DNA from: an uncultured Gammaproteobacteria bacterium
GTDB taxonomy: Bacteria; Pseudomonadota; Gammaproteobacteria; Xanthomonadales; Rhodanobacteraceae
Assembly (NCBI GenBank): GCA_963821885.1
Contig: CAWGFN010000004.1
Coordinates: forward strand, 43,485-107,484
DNA length: 64,000 nt
Direction: 5' to 3'
The position numbers and the translations under genes are program-made. The notes beneath the pieces are model-generated. The model made no database searches, was not told the origin of the DNA, and worked only from the letters and a program-made list of their open reading frames with translations. Below are positions 1 through 9,113 of this stretch, piece after piece. Each line of letters begins with the position of its first letter. Position 1 is the first letter of the stretch.

Positions 1-744
1 AACATCGCCTTCCTCGAGCGCCTGGCCCGGCACCGATCGGTGGTCGAGGCCACCATCGACACCGGCTACCTGGACCGCCACCTGGACGACTTCGTGCCCG
101 GCGACGCGCCGCTGCCGGCCCGTGCGCTGTTCGCCGCGGCCACCGCGCTGCTGCTGGAGGACGAATGCCGCGCCGCGGGCCGCGCCGACCCGGCCGATCC
201 GCATTCGCCGTGGGCCCGCGCCGACGCCTGGCGCATCGGCCACGCGGGCAAGCGGATCGTGGCGCTGATGCACCGCGGCCAGCGCCTGGAAGTCGACGCG
301 CACGGGCACGCCGGCCGGTACCACCTGCGTCACGACGGCGACGAGGCACGCGTGGAGAACGCCCGCATCGACGGCGATGCCCTGGCGTTGAACATCGACG
401 GCATCGCGCATCGCCTGCCTCTGCTGAGCGGCGACGATCGCGCGGTCGTGCACGTGGACGGCATCCGCCACGTGTTCGAACACGCGCCGGCCTTCGTCGC
501 GGACGTCGGCGAAACCGCCGGCGGCGACCGCGTGCTGGCGCCGATGCCGGGCCGCATCGTGCTGGTCCGCGCCGCGGCCGGCGACGCGGTGGCCGAGGGC
601 GACGAACTGCTGGTGATGGAGGCGATGAAGATGGAGCTGTCGCTGAAGGCGCCACGCGCGGGCACCATCGAGACCCTGGCCGCGGTGGAAGGTGAGTTTG
701 TGGAAGCGGATGCCATCCTCGTGGCGTTTGCGGCGGATGCGTGA
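1..744 (+). CDS. Methylcrotonoyl-CoA / acyl-CoA carboxylase alpha (biotin-carrying) subunit, C-terminal part; the 5' end lies outside the window
   Basis: Frame 1 is open from nt 1 (NIAFLERLARH...) into ORF 40..744. The C-terminus carries the biotinyl-lysine motif EAMKME. HMG-CoA lyase follows, as in leucine/isovalerate (liu) clusters. Confidence 0.8.
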   Translation, partial: NIAFLERLARHRSVVEATIDTGYLDRHLDDFVPGDAPLPARALFAAATALLLEDECRAAGRADPADPHSPWARADAWRIGHAGKRIVALMHRGQRLEVDAHGHAGRYHLRHDGDEARVENARIDGDALALNIDGIAHRLPLLSGDDRAVVHVDGIRHVFEHAPAFVADVGETAGGDRVLAPMPGRIVLVRAAAGDAVAEGDELLVMEAMKMELSLKAPRAGTIETLAAVEGEFVEADAILVAFAADA

Positions 745-840
745 TGACGCCGATGGGATCTGCCGCGAGCCTGGAGATCGCCTTGGTTGGTCTTGCGACC
801 GTACCTGGTCGCCGTCGTGGATGGCGTGCGGCCAGGGTGA

Positions 841-1023
841 GGCTTGAAGTGGGCGGGTTCAGCAGCCAGCTTGGGGATGGCGGTGTTTGTTTTTGCGATC
901 GTCCGTGATCGCCGTTGCAGGTGGCTTGCGGCCAGCCTTGAGGCTTGAAGTTGGTGGGTCTTGCGGCCAGCTTGGGGATGGCGGTGTTTGTTTTTGCGAT
1001 CATCCATGATCGCCGTTTTAGGT
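841..1023. repeat. Two near-identical ~82-nt copies spaced 100 nt apart (tandem duplication) in the carboxylase / HMG-CoA lyase spacer
   Basis: ggcttgaagtgggcgggt..cagcttggggatggcggtgtttgtttttgcgatcgtccgtgatcgccgtt at 841-922 recurs at 941-1023 with few changes. Each copy contains a GCGATC-N6-GATCGC hairpin. Confidence 0.85.
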
Positions 1024-1126
1024 CGTCGTCCGAGAATGCGCATGGCGCGCTTTGTGGAAACACCAGAAGCGGCCATCCATGGCCGCACTTTTCGAACAGC
1101 GTCGTGCTTGGGTGGGTTTCTGGTTT

Positions 1127-2029
1127 ATGAGCAAATTTCCTGACAGCGTTCGCATCGTCGAGGTCGGCCCGCGTGACGGGTTGCAGAACGAGAAGACCAT
1201 CGTTCCGGCGGCGGTGAAGATCGAGCTGATCGAGCGGCTGGTCGACTGCGGGCTGAAGACCGTCGAGGCGACCAGCTTCGTCTCGCCCAAGTGGGTGCCG
1301 CAATTGGCCGACGCGGCCGAGGTCTACAGCGGCATCCGCAAGCGCGAGGGCGTCGCCTACCCGGTGCTGGTGCCCAACGAGAAGGGCTACGCACGGGCGC
1401 GGGAGGTCGGCGTCACCGAGATCGCCGTGTTCAGCGCCGCCAGCGAGGCCTTCAACCGCAAGAACATCAACGCCTCCATCGACGAATCCATCGAGCGATT
1501 CATGCCCGTCCTGGAACGCGCCCGCGCCGACGGCGTCAAGGTCCGAGGTTATGTCTCCACCGTGCTCGGCTGTCCCTACCAGGGCGAGGTCCCGCTGGCC
1601 GACGTGGTCCGCGTGGCCGAGCGCCTGCATGCGCTGGGCTGTTACGAGATATCGCTCGGCGACACCATTGGCGTGGGCACGCCGGAGAAGGCGCGCGCGA
1701 TGCTGCGGGCGGTCGCCGCGGCCGTGCCCGTCAATGCGCTCGCCGTGCATTTCCATGACACCTACGGCCAGGCCCTGGCCAACATCCACGCCTGCCTGGA
1801 AGAAGGCGTGGCGGTGGTCGACAGCGCCGTGTCCGGCACCGGCGGCTGCCCCTACGCCCGGGGCGCCACCGGCAATGTCGCCACCGAGGACGTGGTGTAC
1901 ATGCTGCACGGCATGGGCATCGCCACCGGCATCGACCTCCAGGCGCTGGTGGCGACCGGGCAATGGCTCTCCGCCAAGCTCGGCCGCAGCACCTCGAGCA
2001 GGGTGGCGCGCGCCATGGCAGACGGCTGA
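1127..2029 (+). CDS. Hydroxymethylglutaryl-CoA lyase
   Basis: MSKFPDSVRIVEVGPRDGLQNE... is the classic HMGL N-terminus, and the protein is HMGL-like throughout. The start is taken at the internal ATG 1127 of ORF 1052..2029. Confidence 0.9.
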   Translation: MSKFPDSVRIVEVGPRDGLQNEKTIVPAAVKIELIERLVDCGLKTVEATSFVSPKWVPQLADAAEVYSGIRKREGVAYPVLVPNEKGYARAREVGVTEIAVFSAASEAFNRKNINASIDESIERFMPVLERARADGVKVRGYVSTVLGCPYQGEVPLADVVRVAERLHALGCYEISLGDTIGVGTPEKARAMLRAVAAAVPVNALAVHFHDTYGQALANIHACLEEGVAVVDSAVSGTGGCPYARGATGNVATEDVVYMLHGMGIATGIDLQALVATGQWLSAKLGRSTSSRVARAMADG

Positions 2030-2126
2030 AACAGCGCTTCGGCGCCACTTTCCACCGCGCCGATCCGCGATGCTAGACTGTCCCCGCCACTGGCGATGGG
2101 GGTCGCGGGCTGCATCGGAGATCCGG

Positions 2127-3938
2127 ATGCGCAAGAAGCTGCCAGACGAGCAAGTCACCTCGGTGACGTCCGCGAACACGGGCGCCACGAGCCGGCGCGC
2201 ATTCGGCATGGGCATCACCGACCAGGATGCGTCGGGCGGCGATCCGGTCAACCGCTTCCACAACCTGCTCGATGCGGTGCCCGACGCGGTCACCCTGCAT
2301 GACGACAACGGCACCATCCTGGATGCCAACACCGCGGCCGCGCGCATCTTCGGCTACCCGCTGGAGGAACTGCGTGGGATGAACGTGCGCGACCTGAACC
2401 CCAGCCTGCCCGAGGACCACATGGTCTCGGTCATGCGGATGCACGAGACCGGCGAACCGTTCAGCGTGGTGGGCATGAACCAGCGCGCCGACGGCAGCAC
2501 CTTCCCCGTCGAGGTGCACTCGAGCATCTTCTTCGATGACGGCAAGCCGCGCATCATCGCCGTGGCGCGCGACATCACCAGCCGCATGGAGACCGAGCGC
2601 CAGCTGCGCGCCTCGGCCGATCACCTGCGGCGCCAGGCGCGCATCGACGCGCTGACCCGCCTGCCCAACCGCGACACCATGCTGGAGGCCATCCACGTGG
2701 CCCTGGGCAATGCCGAGGACCAGGCGCGCCCCGCGGTGCTGTACATCGACCTCGACCGCTTCAAGATCCTCAATGACATGCTCGGCCACAATGCCGGCGA
2801 CCGGCTGCTGCAGGCCGCGGCCGAACGTCTGCGCATGTGCTGCGGCGACAGCGCCTCGTGCGGTCGCTACGGCAACGACGAATTCATCGCCCTGCTGCCG
2901 CGGTGCGGCAGGCATGCCCAGGCGCGCGCGCTGGCCCAGCACATCACGCGGGCCTTCGAGCGGCCGTTCGAACTGGACGGCGAGGCCTTCGTCCTCACCA
3001 CCTCGATCGGCATCGCCAGCTACCCCACCCACGGCCACACGCCGGAAAACCTGATCCGCCACGCCGACATCGCCATGCACGAAGCCAAGCGACGCGGCCG
3101 GCATACCTTCCGCGACTACGACGAGGCGCTCTCGCAGCAGGCCGGCATGAGCAACCAGATCGAGACCCAGCTGCGCCTGGCGCTCGATCACGACGAGCTG
3201 TGGCTGGCTTTCCAGCCGAAGATATCGCTGCGCGACAACCGGGTGATCGGCGTCGAGGCCCTGCTGCGCTGGCGCAGCGCGCAGTTCGGCGACGTGCCGC
3301 CTTCGGACTTCATCCCGCAGGCGGAAAGTTCCGGCGAGATCGTGCGCATCGGCGCCTGGGTGGTCGATGCCGCCTGCCGCCAGCTGCGCGCCTGGCACGA
3401 TGCCGGCCTGGACCTGCAGAGCATCGCCGTCAACGTGTCGTTCCGCCAGCTGCTCAGCGGCACCTTCATCGACAGCGTCAAGGCCGCCCTTGATGCCCAT
3501 GGCCTGCCCGGCAACGCGCTTGAGCTGGAAATGACCGAGCGCATCCTGATCGACGAGGCGCCCGATACCCTGGACACCTTCACCGCGCTCAAGCGCATGG
3601 GCGTGCGCCTGTCGATCGACGATTTCGGCGAGGGCTATTCCTCGTTCAACTACCTGCGCCACCTGCCCATCGACAGCGTCAAGATCAGCCACAGCTTCAT
3701 GCAGGGCATACCGTCCCAGCGCGCCGACAACGCCATCTGCGAGGCCATCGTGCGCATTGCCGCCAGTCTCGGCCTGACCGTGGTCGCCGAGGGCGTGGAA
3801 ACCGAGGAGCAACGGGCCTTCCTCGACGGCATCGCCACCGACGAGGCGCAGGGCTACCTGTTCGCTCGGCCGCTGCCGGCCGAGCAGGTGCCGGACTTCC
3901 TGGCCACCTGGAACCGCCGGCGCGGCGACGCCGACTGA
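2127..3938 (+). CDS. PAS-GGDEF-EAL c-di-GMP signalling protein; the GGDEF site is degenerate (RYGNDEF) and EAL is intact, so it is probably a phosphodiesterase
   Basis: The real start is ATG 2127 (MRKKLPDEQ) inside ORF 1551..3938. It has a PAS domain (AVTLHDDNGTILDANTAAARIFGY), the GNDEF motif, EALLRW and DDFGEGYSS. Confidence 0.85.
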   Translation: MRKKLPDEQVTSVTSANTGATSRRAFGMGITDQDASGGDPVNRFHNLLDAVPDAVTLHDDNGTILDANTAAARIFGYPLEELRGMNVRDLNPSLPEDHMVSVMRMHETGEPFSVVGMNQRADGSTFPVEVHSSIFFDDGKPRIIAVARDITSRMETERQLRASADHLRRQARIDALTRLPNRDTMLEAIHVALGNAEDQARPAVLYIDLDRFKILNDMLGHNAGDRLLQAAAERLRMCCGDSASCGRYGNDEFIALLPRCGRHAQARALAQHITRAFERPFELDGEAFVLTTSIGIASYPTHGHTPENLIRHADIAMHEAKRRGRHTFRDYDEALSQQAGMSNQIETQLRLALDHDELWLAFQPKISLRDNRVIGVEALLRWRSAQFGDVPPSDFIPQAESSGEIVRIGAWVVDAACRQLRAWHDAGLDLQSIAVNVSFRQLLSGTFIDSVKAALDAHGLPGNALELEMTERILIDEAPDTLDTFTALKRMGVRLSIDDFGEGYSSFNYLRHLPIDSVKISHSFMQGIPSQRADNAICEAIVRIAASLGLTVVAEGVETEEQRAFLDGIATDEAQGYLFARPLPAEQVPDFLATWNRRRGDAD

Positions 3939-3997
3939 GTCCCAGTCGCGCGGCCGTCTCGGTTAAAATGGCGGTTTTCCATCCTCGGGAACCGACC

Positions 3998-4765
3998 ATG
4001 CAACTGAACCAGATCAAGGCCGTCATCACCGGCGGCGCCTCCGGACTCGGCCACGCCGTCGCCCGCCACCTGGTCGCCAATGGCGGCAGCGTCGCCCTGT
4101 TCGACGTCAACGAGGAAAAAGGCCAGGCCGCGGCCGCCGAACTGGGCGATGCCGCCAGCTTCCACCGCACCGACGTCACCTCCGAGGATGGCGTGGTCGC
4201 CAGCCTGGACGCCGCGAAGGCCGCCATGGGCGGCATCAACGCGGTGATCAACTGCGCCGGCATCCTCGGCGCCGGCCGCGTGCTCGGCCGCGAGGCGCCC
4301 ATGGCGCTGAGCAACTTCAGCACCACGGTCATGGTCAACCTGGTCGGCAGCTTCAACGTCGCCAAGTCCGCCGCCAACCTGATGCAGCACAATGAGGCCG
4401 GCGAGGACGGCGAGCGCGGCGTGATCATCAACACCGCGTCGGTGGCCGCCTACGAGGGCCAGATCGGCCAGGCCGCCTACTCGGCCTCCAAGGGCGGCGT
4501 GGTCGGCATGACCCTGCCGATGGCGCGCGAACTGTCGCGCTTCGGCATCCGCGTGGCCACCATCGCCCCGGGCATCTTCTGGACCCCGATGGTCGACGGC
4601 ATGCCCGAGGCCGTGCAGGAGTCCCTGTCGGCATCGATCCCGTTCCCCTCGCGCCTGGGCAAGCCGGAGGAATACGCCAGCCTGGCCGCCTACATCCTGA
4701 CCAATCGCTACATCAACGGCGAGACCATCCGCCTGGACGGCGCGGTGCGCCTGCAGCCCAAGTGA
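3998..4765 (+). CDS. Short-chain dehydrogenase, 3-hydroxyacyl-CoA dehydrogenase type-2-like
   Basis: ITGGASGLG Rossmann motif and YSASKGG catalytic motif. Overall it resembles HSD17B10 / 3-hydroxy-2-methylbutyryl-CoA dehydrogenases. Confidence 0.8.
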   Translation: MQLNQIKAVITGGASGLGHAVARHLVANGGSVALFDVNEEKGQAAAAELGDAASFHRTDVTSEDGVVASLDAAKAAMGGINAVINCAGILGAGRVLGREAPMALSNFSTTVMVNLVGSFNVAKSAANLMQHNEAGEDGERGVIINTASVAAYEGQIGQAAYSASKGGVVGMTLPMARELSRFGIRVATIAPGIFWTPMVDGMPEAVQESLSASIPFPSRLGKPEEYASLAAYILTNRYINGETIRLDGAVRLQPK

Positions 4766-4847
4766 TCCCGGCGCCGGGGCGCCACACGCGTCCCGGCGTC
4801 ACGCTCGCCTTTCCATCCTGCCCAACCCCTCTCCGGCGCCCACACCC

Positions 4848-5411
4848 ATGAAAGCCTCCGACATCAAGCGCGGCAACGTCGTCGAACACAACGACACCGT
4901 CTATCAGGTTCGCGACATCGAACGCAGCGCGCCGACCGCGCGTGGCGGCAACGTCACCTTCCGCTTCACCATGTACGCCATCCCCGGCGGACAGAAGTAC
5001 GACCTCAGCCTGCGTGCCGACGACGACCTCAAGGAAGTCGAGCTTCTGCGCCGCCAGGCCAGCTACTCGTACATGGAGGGCGACGCCTTCGTGTTCATGG
5101 ATGCCGAGGACTTCACCCAGTACCTGCTGGCGCCGGAGCTGGTCGGCGACAACGCCGGCTACATCGTCGACGGCCTGGAGAACTGCTACGTGCAGCTGAT
5201 CGACGATGCGCCGGTCGGCCTGCAGGTGCCGGCCACGGTGGTGCTGACCGTCACCGACACCGCCCCCGAGCTCAAGGGCGCCAGCGCCACCAAGCGCGCC
5301 AAGCCGGCCACCCTGGAGACCGGCCTGGAAATCCAGGTGCCCGAGTACATCACCATCGGCGAACGCGTCCAGGTCAACACCATGACCGGCGAATTCTCCG
5401 GCCGCGCCTGA
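4848..5411 (+). CDS. yeiP: Elongation factor P-like protein YeiP (EfpL)
   Basis: 187 aa. [21 protein letters not shown]...[11 protein letters not shown] shows the EF-P fold pattern and YeiP length. Confidence 0.85.
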   Translation: MKASDIKRGNVVEHNDTVYQVRDIERSAPTARGGNVTFRFTMYAIPGGQKYDLSLRADDDLKEVELLRRQASYSYMEGDAFVFMDAEDFTQYLLAPELVGDNAGYIVDGLENCYVQLIDDAPVGLQVPATVVLTVTDTAPELKGASATKRAKPATLETGLEIQVPEYITIGERVQVNTMTGEFSGRA

Positions 5412-5459
5412 GCGGGCCGGAGATATACTGATTCCCCGACTCCGCAAGGGAATGCGCGC

Positions 5460-6065
5460 ATGTCCATGCTCTCGCTGATCGCGATGCTTGCCCTGGCCAC
5501 GGCACCCGCGGCCACGGCACCCGTTCCGCCGGCAGCCACGCAGGGCGCATGCACGATCGTCTACGGCGACACCTGGGGCTTCATGGTCGACGTGCCTCCG
5601 GGCTGGTCCAGCGCATGCGGTGATCGGGCCATGGCACAAACCGCGCTGACGCTGTGGCCGTCTGACGAATCGCCGAATGCGCTCGAAGCGCTGATGTACG
5701 TGTCGGTGTCCATGCCCAAGGGCCGGTCCCTTGATGCCTTCGTCCATGGCGATCTGGCCCGATACACGAAGGGGGACGTCACGCCGGGATCGACATCAGC
5801 AAACCAGCCGGCCATGCACGTGGATGGCATCGAGCGCATTTCATCCGGTCGCCGTCTGGTCCACATCGCCCATACCGATGGCGATCGCGACGAGCTGGTG
5901 GCCTACATCAAGGGTCCGACAGCCTATTTCATCCTGGTCCTGAGCACGCAATCGCCAGCCATGACCGCGAGATACCGCCCTGCGTTCAAGGCGACGCTGG
6001 ACAGTTTCGACCCGCTGAGCGTGAAAATCGAAGGCGCCAGCAAGACCACCGCGCGCAAGCACTGA
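5460..6065 (+). CDS. Hypothetical exported protein
   Basis: 201-aa ORF with an N-terminal signal-like peptide (MSMLSLIAMLALATAPAATA). No family recognised. Confidence 0.55.
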   Translation: MSMLSLIAMLALATAPAATAPVPPAATQGACTIVYGDTWGFMVDVPPGWSSACGDRAMAQTALTLWPSDESPNALEALMYVSVSMPKGRSLDAFVHGDLARYTKGDVTPGSTSANQPAMHVDGIERISSGRRLVHIAHTDGDRDELVAYIKGPTAYFILVLSTQSPAMTARYRPAFKATLDSFDPLSVKIEGASKTTARKH

Positions 6066-6122
6066 CCAACCGATGTCGCCCCATGGGGTGCAGGCCGCGC
6101 GGGCAGCCTCTACACTCACGCC

Positions 6123-7154
6123 ATGCTGAAGATCGACACCCACAGCCACATCCTGCCGCGTGACTGGCCGAACCTGTCGGAGAAGTTCGGCGAGCCGCGC
6201 TTCCCGGTGATGACGCACACCGGCGGCCACCACCGCATCTACCGCGGCGGCAAGTTCTTCCGCCAGGTATGGGATTCGGCCTTCGACATCGACACGCGGA
6301 TCGCCGAGTACGCCGCGCACGGCGTCGACGTGCAGGTGATCTCGACCGTGCCCGTGCTGTTCTCGTACTGGGCGCGCGGCCACCAGGCCCTGGAGCTGCA
6401 CACCTTCCTCAACGACCACTGCGCCGGACTGTGCCGCGACCATCCGCGCAACATCGTCGGCATCGGCACGGTGCCGCTGCAGTCGCCGAACCTGGCGATC
6501 CGCGAAATGGAACGCTGCGTCGACCAGCTGGGCCTTGCCGGCGTGCAGATCGGTTCGCACTGCAACGAATGGAACCTGGACGCGCCGGAACTGTTCCCGT
6601 TCTTCGAGGCCGCCGCCGACCTCGGCGCGGCGATCATGGTCCACCCGTGGGACATGATGGGCCGCGACACCATGCCCAAGTACTGGCTGCCGTGGCTGGT
6701 CGGCATGCCGGCCGAGCAATCGCGCGCGGCCTGCAGCCTGATCTTCGGTGGCGTGCTGGAGCGCCTGCCGAAGCTGCGCATCATGTTCGCCCATGGCGGC
6801 GGCAGCTTCCCGTTCACCATCGGCCGCATCGAGCACGGCTTCAACATGCGCCCGGACCTGGTCGCCAAGGACAACGCCCGCAACCCGCGCGAATACTTCC
6901 CGCGGCTGTTCTTCGATTCCTGCGTTCACGACCCGCAGGCGCTGGCCTACCTGCTCGACGTGGTCGGCCACGACCGCGTGATGCTGGGCACCGACTACCC
7001 GTTCCCGCTGGGCGAGCAGGAGCCGGGCTCGGGCATCGAGGCGCTGGAGCTGGACGAAGCGGCCAACGCGCGCCTGATGCACGGCACCGCGCTGGAGTGG
7101 CTGGGCCTGTCCAGGTCGCTGTTCGAAGCGCCGGACGCCGCCGCGACCGCATGA
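6123..7154 (+). CDS. 2-amino-3-carboxymuconate-6-semialdehyde decarboxylase (ACMSD, amidohydrolase_2)
   Basis: MLKIDTHSHILPRDWP..., STVPVLFSYWA, KYWLPWLVGMPAE, FAHGGGSFPFTIGRIEHGF and LGTDYPFPLGE are colinear with animal/bacterial ACMSD as I recall it. Confidence 0.88.
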   Translation: MLKIDTHSHILPRDWPNLSEKFGEPRFPVMTHTGGHHRIYRGGKFFRQVWDSAFDIDTRIAEYAAHGVDVQVISTVPVLFSYWARGHQALELHTFLNDHCAGLCRDHPRNIVGIGTVPLQSPNLAIREMERCVDQLGLAGVQIGSHCNEWNLDAPELFPFFEAAADLGAAIMVHPWDMMGRDTMPKYWLPWLVGMPAEQSRAACSLIFGGVLERLPKLRIMFAHGGGSFPFTIGRIEHGFNMRPDLVAKDNARNPREYFPRLFFDSCVHDPQALAYLLDVVGHDRVMLGTDYPFPLGEQEPGSGIEALELDEAANARLMHGTALEWLGLSRSLFEAPDAAATA

Positions 7155-7194
7155 GCATGCCGGCACCCCTCACCTTCCGCCTTTTCCTGGACGA

Positions 7195-8475
7195 TTGATG
7201 ACCGCTCCCTTTGAAGCCACCGCCGAATGGGCCGCGCAGGCCGATCGCGACGACCCGCTGCGCGACTTCCGCGACCGCTTCCTGATTCCCCCGCACGGCG
7301 ACGGCGACACGCTGTACTTCTGCGGCAACTCGCTGGGCCTTCAGGCGCGCGGCGTGCGCCAGGCCATCAACGACGAGCTCGACTACTGGGGCGAGCTGGG
7401 CGTGGAAGGCCACTTCAAGGGCCGCCTGCCGTGGATGGACTACCACGAGTTCGTGCGCGAGCACCTGGCCGAGGTGGTCGGCGCCTCGATGTCCGAGGTG
7501 GTGGCCATGAACACGCTCAGCGTGAACCTGCACCTGCTGATGGTCAGCTTCTACCGGCCCACCCGCGAGCGCTCGAAGATCATCATCGAGGAAGGCGCCT
7601 TTCCCAGCGACCGCTACGCGGTGGAATCGCAGATCCGCTTCCACGGCTTCGATCCGGCCACCGCGCTGATCGAGCTGGCGCCGGACGAGCCCAACGGCAC
7701 CCTCTCCATGGCCGCCATCGAGCGCGCCCTGGCCGAGCACGGCGACAGCACCGCGCTGGTCATGCTGCCCGGCATCCAGTACCGCACCGGCCAGGCCTTC
7801 GACCTCAAGGCCATCACCGCGCTGGGCCACGCGCGCGGCTGCACGGTCGGCTTCGACCTGGCGCACGCGGCCGGCAACCTGCCGCTGGCGCTGCACGACA
7901 GCGGCGCGGACTTCGCCGTGTGGTGCCACTACAAGTACCTCAACGGCGGACCGGGCGCGGTCGGCGGCGCCTTCGTGCACGAGCGCCATGCGCGCGGCGA
8001 CCTGCCGCGCTTCGCCGGCTGGTGGGGCCACAACAAGGACACGCGCTTCCAGATGGGCCCGCACTTCGACCCCACGCCGGGCGCCGAGGGCTGGCAGCTG
8101 TCCAACCCGCCGATCCTGGCGCTGGTGCCGCTGCGCATCTCGCTGGACCTGTTCCACGAGGCCGGCATGGATCGCCTGCGGGCCAAGTCCGAGCGCCTGA
8201 CCGGCTACCTGGAATGGCTGGTCGACACGCAGCTGGCCGGGGTGCTCGAGGTGGTGACCCCGCGCCAGCCCGAACGTCGCGGCGCGCAGCTGTCGATCCG
8301 CGTGGAAGGCGGGCGCGAGCGTGGCCGTGCGCTGTTCGAGCAGCTGGTCGACGATGGCATCATCGGCGACTGGCGCGAGCCGGACGTCATCCGCATCTCG
8401 CCGGTGCCGATGTACAACCGCTTCCAGGACTGCCTGGGCTTCGTGCAGGCGGTGCAGGCCTGGCACCGCGGCTGA
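7195..8475 (+). CDS. kynU: Kynureninase
   Basis: 426 aa. LYFCGNSLGLQ, HYKYLNGGPG and SNPPILAL are kynureninase signatures. The gene is adjacent to ACMSD. Confidence 0.9.
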   Translation: MMTAPFEATAEWAAQADRDDPLRDFRDRFLIPPHGDGDTLYFCGNSLGLQARGVRQAINDELDYWGELGVEGHFKGRLPWMDYHEFVREHLAEVVGASMSEVVAMNTLSVNLHLLMVSFYRPTRERSKIIIEEGAFPSDRYAVESQIRFHGFDPATALIELAPDEPNGTLSMAAIERALAEHGDSTALVMLPGIQYRTGQAFDLKAITALGHARGCTVGFDLAHAAGNLPLALHDSGADFAVWCHYKYLNGGPGAVGGAFVHERHARGDLPRFAGWWGHNKDTRFQMGPHFDPTPGAEGWQLSNPPILALVPLRISLDLFHEAGMDRLRAKSERLTGYLEWLVDTQLAGVLEVVTPRQPERRGAQLSIRVEGGRERGRALFEQLVDDGIIGDWREPDVIRISPVPMYNRFQDCLGFVQAVQAWHRG

Positions 8476-8479
8476 GGAC

Positions 8480-8938
8480 TCATCCGCCGGCGTTGAGATA
8501 CCACAACGAGGCATTGAGCACGCTGGCGAAGCTGACCCAGGCCACGTAGGGCACCATCATCCAGCCGGCCAGCCGCTCGCGGCGCCAGAAGGCCACCGTG
8601 GTGGCCACGATCAGCGCCAGCAGGATGAGGATTTCGACCAGCGCGGCGCCCAGCAGGTGGCGGCCGAAGAACAGCCATGACCAGGCCGCGTTGAGCACCA
8701 GCTGGGCCAGCCACAGCATGATCGCGGGCCGCAGTCCGGCCCGCCGCCAGACCCGCCAGGCCGCCACGGACATCAGCGCATAGAGCACGCCCCACACGGG
8801 CGCGAAGATCCAGTTGGGCGGATTGAAGGGCGGCTTGACCAGCAGCGCGTACCACGCGCCCGGCATGAAACGACTGCCGATGAATGCAGCCGTGAATGCA
8901 AGCAGCAGGAAGACCAGCAACGAGAACCAGCGGCGCAT
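8480..8938 (-). CDS. tspO: TspO/MBR family tryptophan-rich sensory protein
   Basis: 152 aa, five hydrophobic segments, Trp-rich. KPPFNPPNWIFAPVWGVLY is the family motif. Confidence 0.88.
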   Translation of the reverse strand: MRRWFSLLVFLLLAFTAAFIGSRFMPGAWYALLVKPPFNPPNWIFAPVWGVLYALMSVAAWRVWRRAGLRPAIMLWLAQLVLNAAWSWLFFGRHLLGAALVEILILLALIVATTVAFWRRERLAGWMMVPYVAWVSFASVLNASLWYLNAGG

Positions 8939-9113
8939 GCATCACTCCTCGAGCCCGGAAGCGCCGGGCACATGGCCTTTACGCAGGCCGCGCGCGCCCG
9001 GATGCGGGTGTTCGGGCGACCGTCCACGGCGTTCGCCGGGGTGGACGAAAGCCTACCGCATTCGATGCTAAGGTTAGCAATCGCCCCATCCCCAAACCAG
9101 CCAAGTCATTGCC

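Noticed and set aside
1551-2126. N-terminal 192 codons of ORF 1551..3938
   Set aside because: It overlaps HMG-CoA lyase in another frame with low-complexity Pro/Ala/Arg sequence. PAS-GGDEF-EAL homology begins after ATG 2127.
8896-9113. Upstream extension of the ggt body frame (ORF 8896..11004 start)
   Set aside because: It overlaps tspO on the other strand and encodes Arg/Pro-rich nonsense. The genuine signal peptide and N-terminus are in the frame starting at 9114.
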